Source of the DNA: Catajapyx aquilonaris
Lineage: Eukaryota
Assembly (NCBI GenBank): GCA_000934665.2
Contig: KZ538320.1
Location: 62,001 to 84,509, forward strand
Direction of reading: 5' to 3'
Length of the DNA stretch: 22,509 bases
The notes below the pieces were generated by a model. That model had not been told where the DNA came from, did not search any database, and was given only the letters and a program-made list of their open reading frames with translations. The position numbers and the translations under genes are program-made. Positions 20,615-22,509 of the stretch are shown here, one piece after another; position 1 is the stretch's first letter; each line of letters begins with the position of its first letter.

Positions 20615-21441
20615 CAATTGAATTCGGATATAACAAGGGACTGCTGAAAAGGTCTGTTATAACCGAGGTATGTTATAGCCAAATTGCCACTTTTCAACGA
20701 ATACACATGCCTACAATGCCCACTGCTGCATGATGATTAATGAAACCATCCACAAAAATTCAAAACTAGCTTGCTCGGAAAATTTTGCAGGATCAGCCGT
20801 TTTCTTCTGCCATTTTTATGTTACAAAATATACCCAGAAAGATGCGGGGGAAAATCTGGGCTATCCTCGCGTGGGTATAAGGAAGCAAGGTAATCGAAAA
20901 CATCATATTTTCCCACCCAGAGGGCAATAAATGGTCTCTTATACCAGGGGTGAGGTCATATCAGGAGTAAAAAGACACAGGGGGGAGGCGGAGTGGTGCT
21001 GCGGTAACGTATGCGCCCACGGATGTTAAGGTCCCGGGTTCGATTCCAGCCCGGGGATACCCCCTTCATCTCGTGCAGAGTTCAGGGTCACCTCTGGCTT
21101 CGTCTCGGGTGGTATTTCCACAGACTAAACCACTCGGGGGAGTTCACTAAAAATGGCCACAGCGTCAGATGCACTGCACCTTGCACATCCCCTCCTGTCA
21201 TCCTGCCCGTGGGCCCGGGCTTTAATTAAATAGGCACCATGTACTGAACAACTCAAAATACAATAAAGGTCCATGCGATATACCCGGGAAGGGGTGAAAG
21301 CATTACCCACAATTTATTTAATTTATTATTTATTTATTTAAAAAGACACAGGGACTTGTGGTTGTGGAAGTATGCCAGGACTGGCTTTTCCAGTCTGTTA
21401 TAACCGAATGTCTGGTGTAGCCGAAGCTCCGGATTCAACTA
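20615..21441 (+). mobile_element. pogo/Tigger-like MITE (family B), copy 2, interrupted by a SINE
   Basis: TA|CAATTGAATTCGGATATAAC ... TCCGGATTCAACTA|TA. Shares GGTCTGTTA, GCCAAATT(G/C)CCACTTTT, CAAAAATTCAAAACTAGCT, GGTAATCGAAAACA, CATATTTTCCCACC and TTTCCAGTCTGTTATA with 11387-11877. Confidence 0.9.
20983..21338 (+). mobile_element. tRNA-derived SINE (~356 bp) with 15-bp target-site duplication
   Basis: A-box-like TGGTGCTGCGG (20994-21004), B box GGTTCGATTCC (21037-21047), 3' (ATTT/TTA)n tail (21311-21338), and a perfect direct repeat TAAAAAGACACAGGG at 20968-20982 and 21339-21353. The empty site TTAAAAATACACAGGG is present in family B copy 1 (11819-11834). Confidence 0.92.
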
Positions 21442-22509
21442 TATTTTGTGCCAAGTTACGTGTTATACGTGTCGATAAAGCCAAACATGGACAAACAAAC
21501 AACCAAGCAAACTTTGCATTTTACAATAATCGAGACTATTATCATTATATATTTTTATAACAGTTCCCTCTCAAATGTTGATAGAATGCAAGGGTATGAG
21601 TGTCCAAAACTGTGTGTTTAAGCAGTGTACCCTATTCATACACAGCTAAATCTGACATTCGTCCCTGATGAATACTGTTGGTACTGTCAGTTTATTTTGT
21701 TTGCACCAACATAATCAGATGGACAACATTTTGTTGGCAGTTGTAGGCTACTCTGTTCGGTTTTACGTTGCACCGTGTGTATATATGATCCCTGGAAACA
21801 ACGGAAACTTGAACGTTGTCGGCAGGTTTCACCTCATTTTCCAATAAGCAGTCGCCTGAAGCTGCTAATTAGCTCAAAAACGAGCAAGCTTCTTTTGCGC
21901 AAAAAAAAAAAAAAAAACGAGACTTTGGCTCAGCGTGTTAATCCGAGCATAATTTTTTCGAACCCAGCCACGTGTGGTGGGATGAAAAGAGTGGAGGTAT
22001 ATTTCTCCCTCCTTTTGAGTGCCTTCTGTGCCTCTGCTGCCTCTTTTTTTCATTTCTCTTCCTTCCTTTTTCGCCGCGGAAGCAAGAGCAGACGACGACT
22101 GGTTCTTGAGCGCGCCAAGTGGGAAGCTGATTAAGCCCAGTGCGCTTAATTAAGTTAGGTGGGATTGGCGAGGGGGCTTTACCATGATCACTTTCAGAAT
22201 TAGGGCCTCGGCCTCATTTTGGCTCAAGACTTGTTTTTGAGTGGAGTTTGCGGGATTTTACGAGCTGACTGCGCCTACCTCTCCCCCACCCTCTTCCCAC
22301 CCACCTCTCAAGTCATAATCAGCCTAAGGAAGCTGTATCCTCTTATGGGTGTTGGGATGTAGTCATTCAAATCACTGGAAATGAAAAATGAAAGCTCAGA
22401 TAGGAGCATGTAGTACCACTACCCTTACCAAAATTCTCGCGACCTCGTGGCGAGGTCGCAGGACCTCGCAAATTGCGACCTGGCAGCTAGGTTGTACATC
22501 GCAAAATGT

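Noticed and set aside
20983..21056. Functional tRNA gene
   Set aside because: It has A/B boxes, but I cannot close a proper acceptor stem, there is no adjacent T-run terminator, and it continues into a ~280-bp body and tail bounded by a TSD, as expected for a SINE head.
1..22509. The ORFs in the six-frame track as real genes, or a prokaryotic/phage system
   Set aside because: All are under 185 aa, overlap on both strands, often start at non-ATG codons, run through homopolymers or TE palindromes, and show no recognisable domain (no DDE transposase, RT or EF-hand). There is no operon-like density.
22427..22509. Short GC hairpin GCGACCTCG-TGG-CGAGGTCGC with repeated GACCT motifs at the window edge
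   Set aside because: It may be the left end of another MITE, but it is cut off by the window, so it cannot be supported; it is not a bacterial terminator (no U-tract, no gene).

Overview
Eukaryotic, almost certainly animal (probably insect) non-coding DNA. CpG-rich GC islands alternate with AT-rich spacers, and no long credible ORF is present, so the ORF track is essentially noise. The best overall reading is a short + strand coding exon (327-386, MAMYYYASRLNASAQALSRK, ending at AAG|GTAAGA) that opens a very long intron running past the end of the window. About 14.9 kb into that intron is a textbook recursive-splicing 'ratchet point' (branch point, pyrimidine tract, TAG|GTAAGT at 15305/15306). 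The intron is full of non-autonomous mobile elements: four copies of one TIR MITE family (A), two copies of a pogo/Tigger-like MITE (B), a CAGGGTG-ended Tc1/mariner-like MITE, several foldback/hairpin elements, a tRNA-derived SINE with a 15-bp target-site duplication, and a 28-bp minisatellite with a 56-bp higher-order repeat. Several elements are nested (B in A, SINE in B, hairpin in foldback), with matching empty sites in the same window. I found no transposase, reverse transcriptase, CRISPR array or prokaryotic system, and I cannot demonstrate a wholly new biological system. The recursive splice site and the nested elements are the most notable signals.
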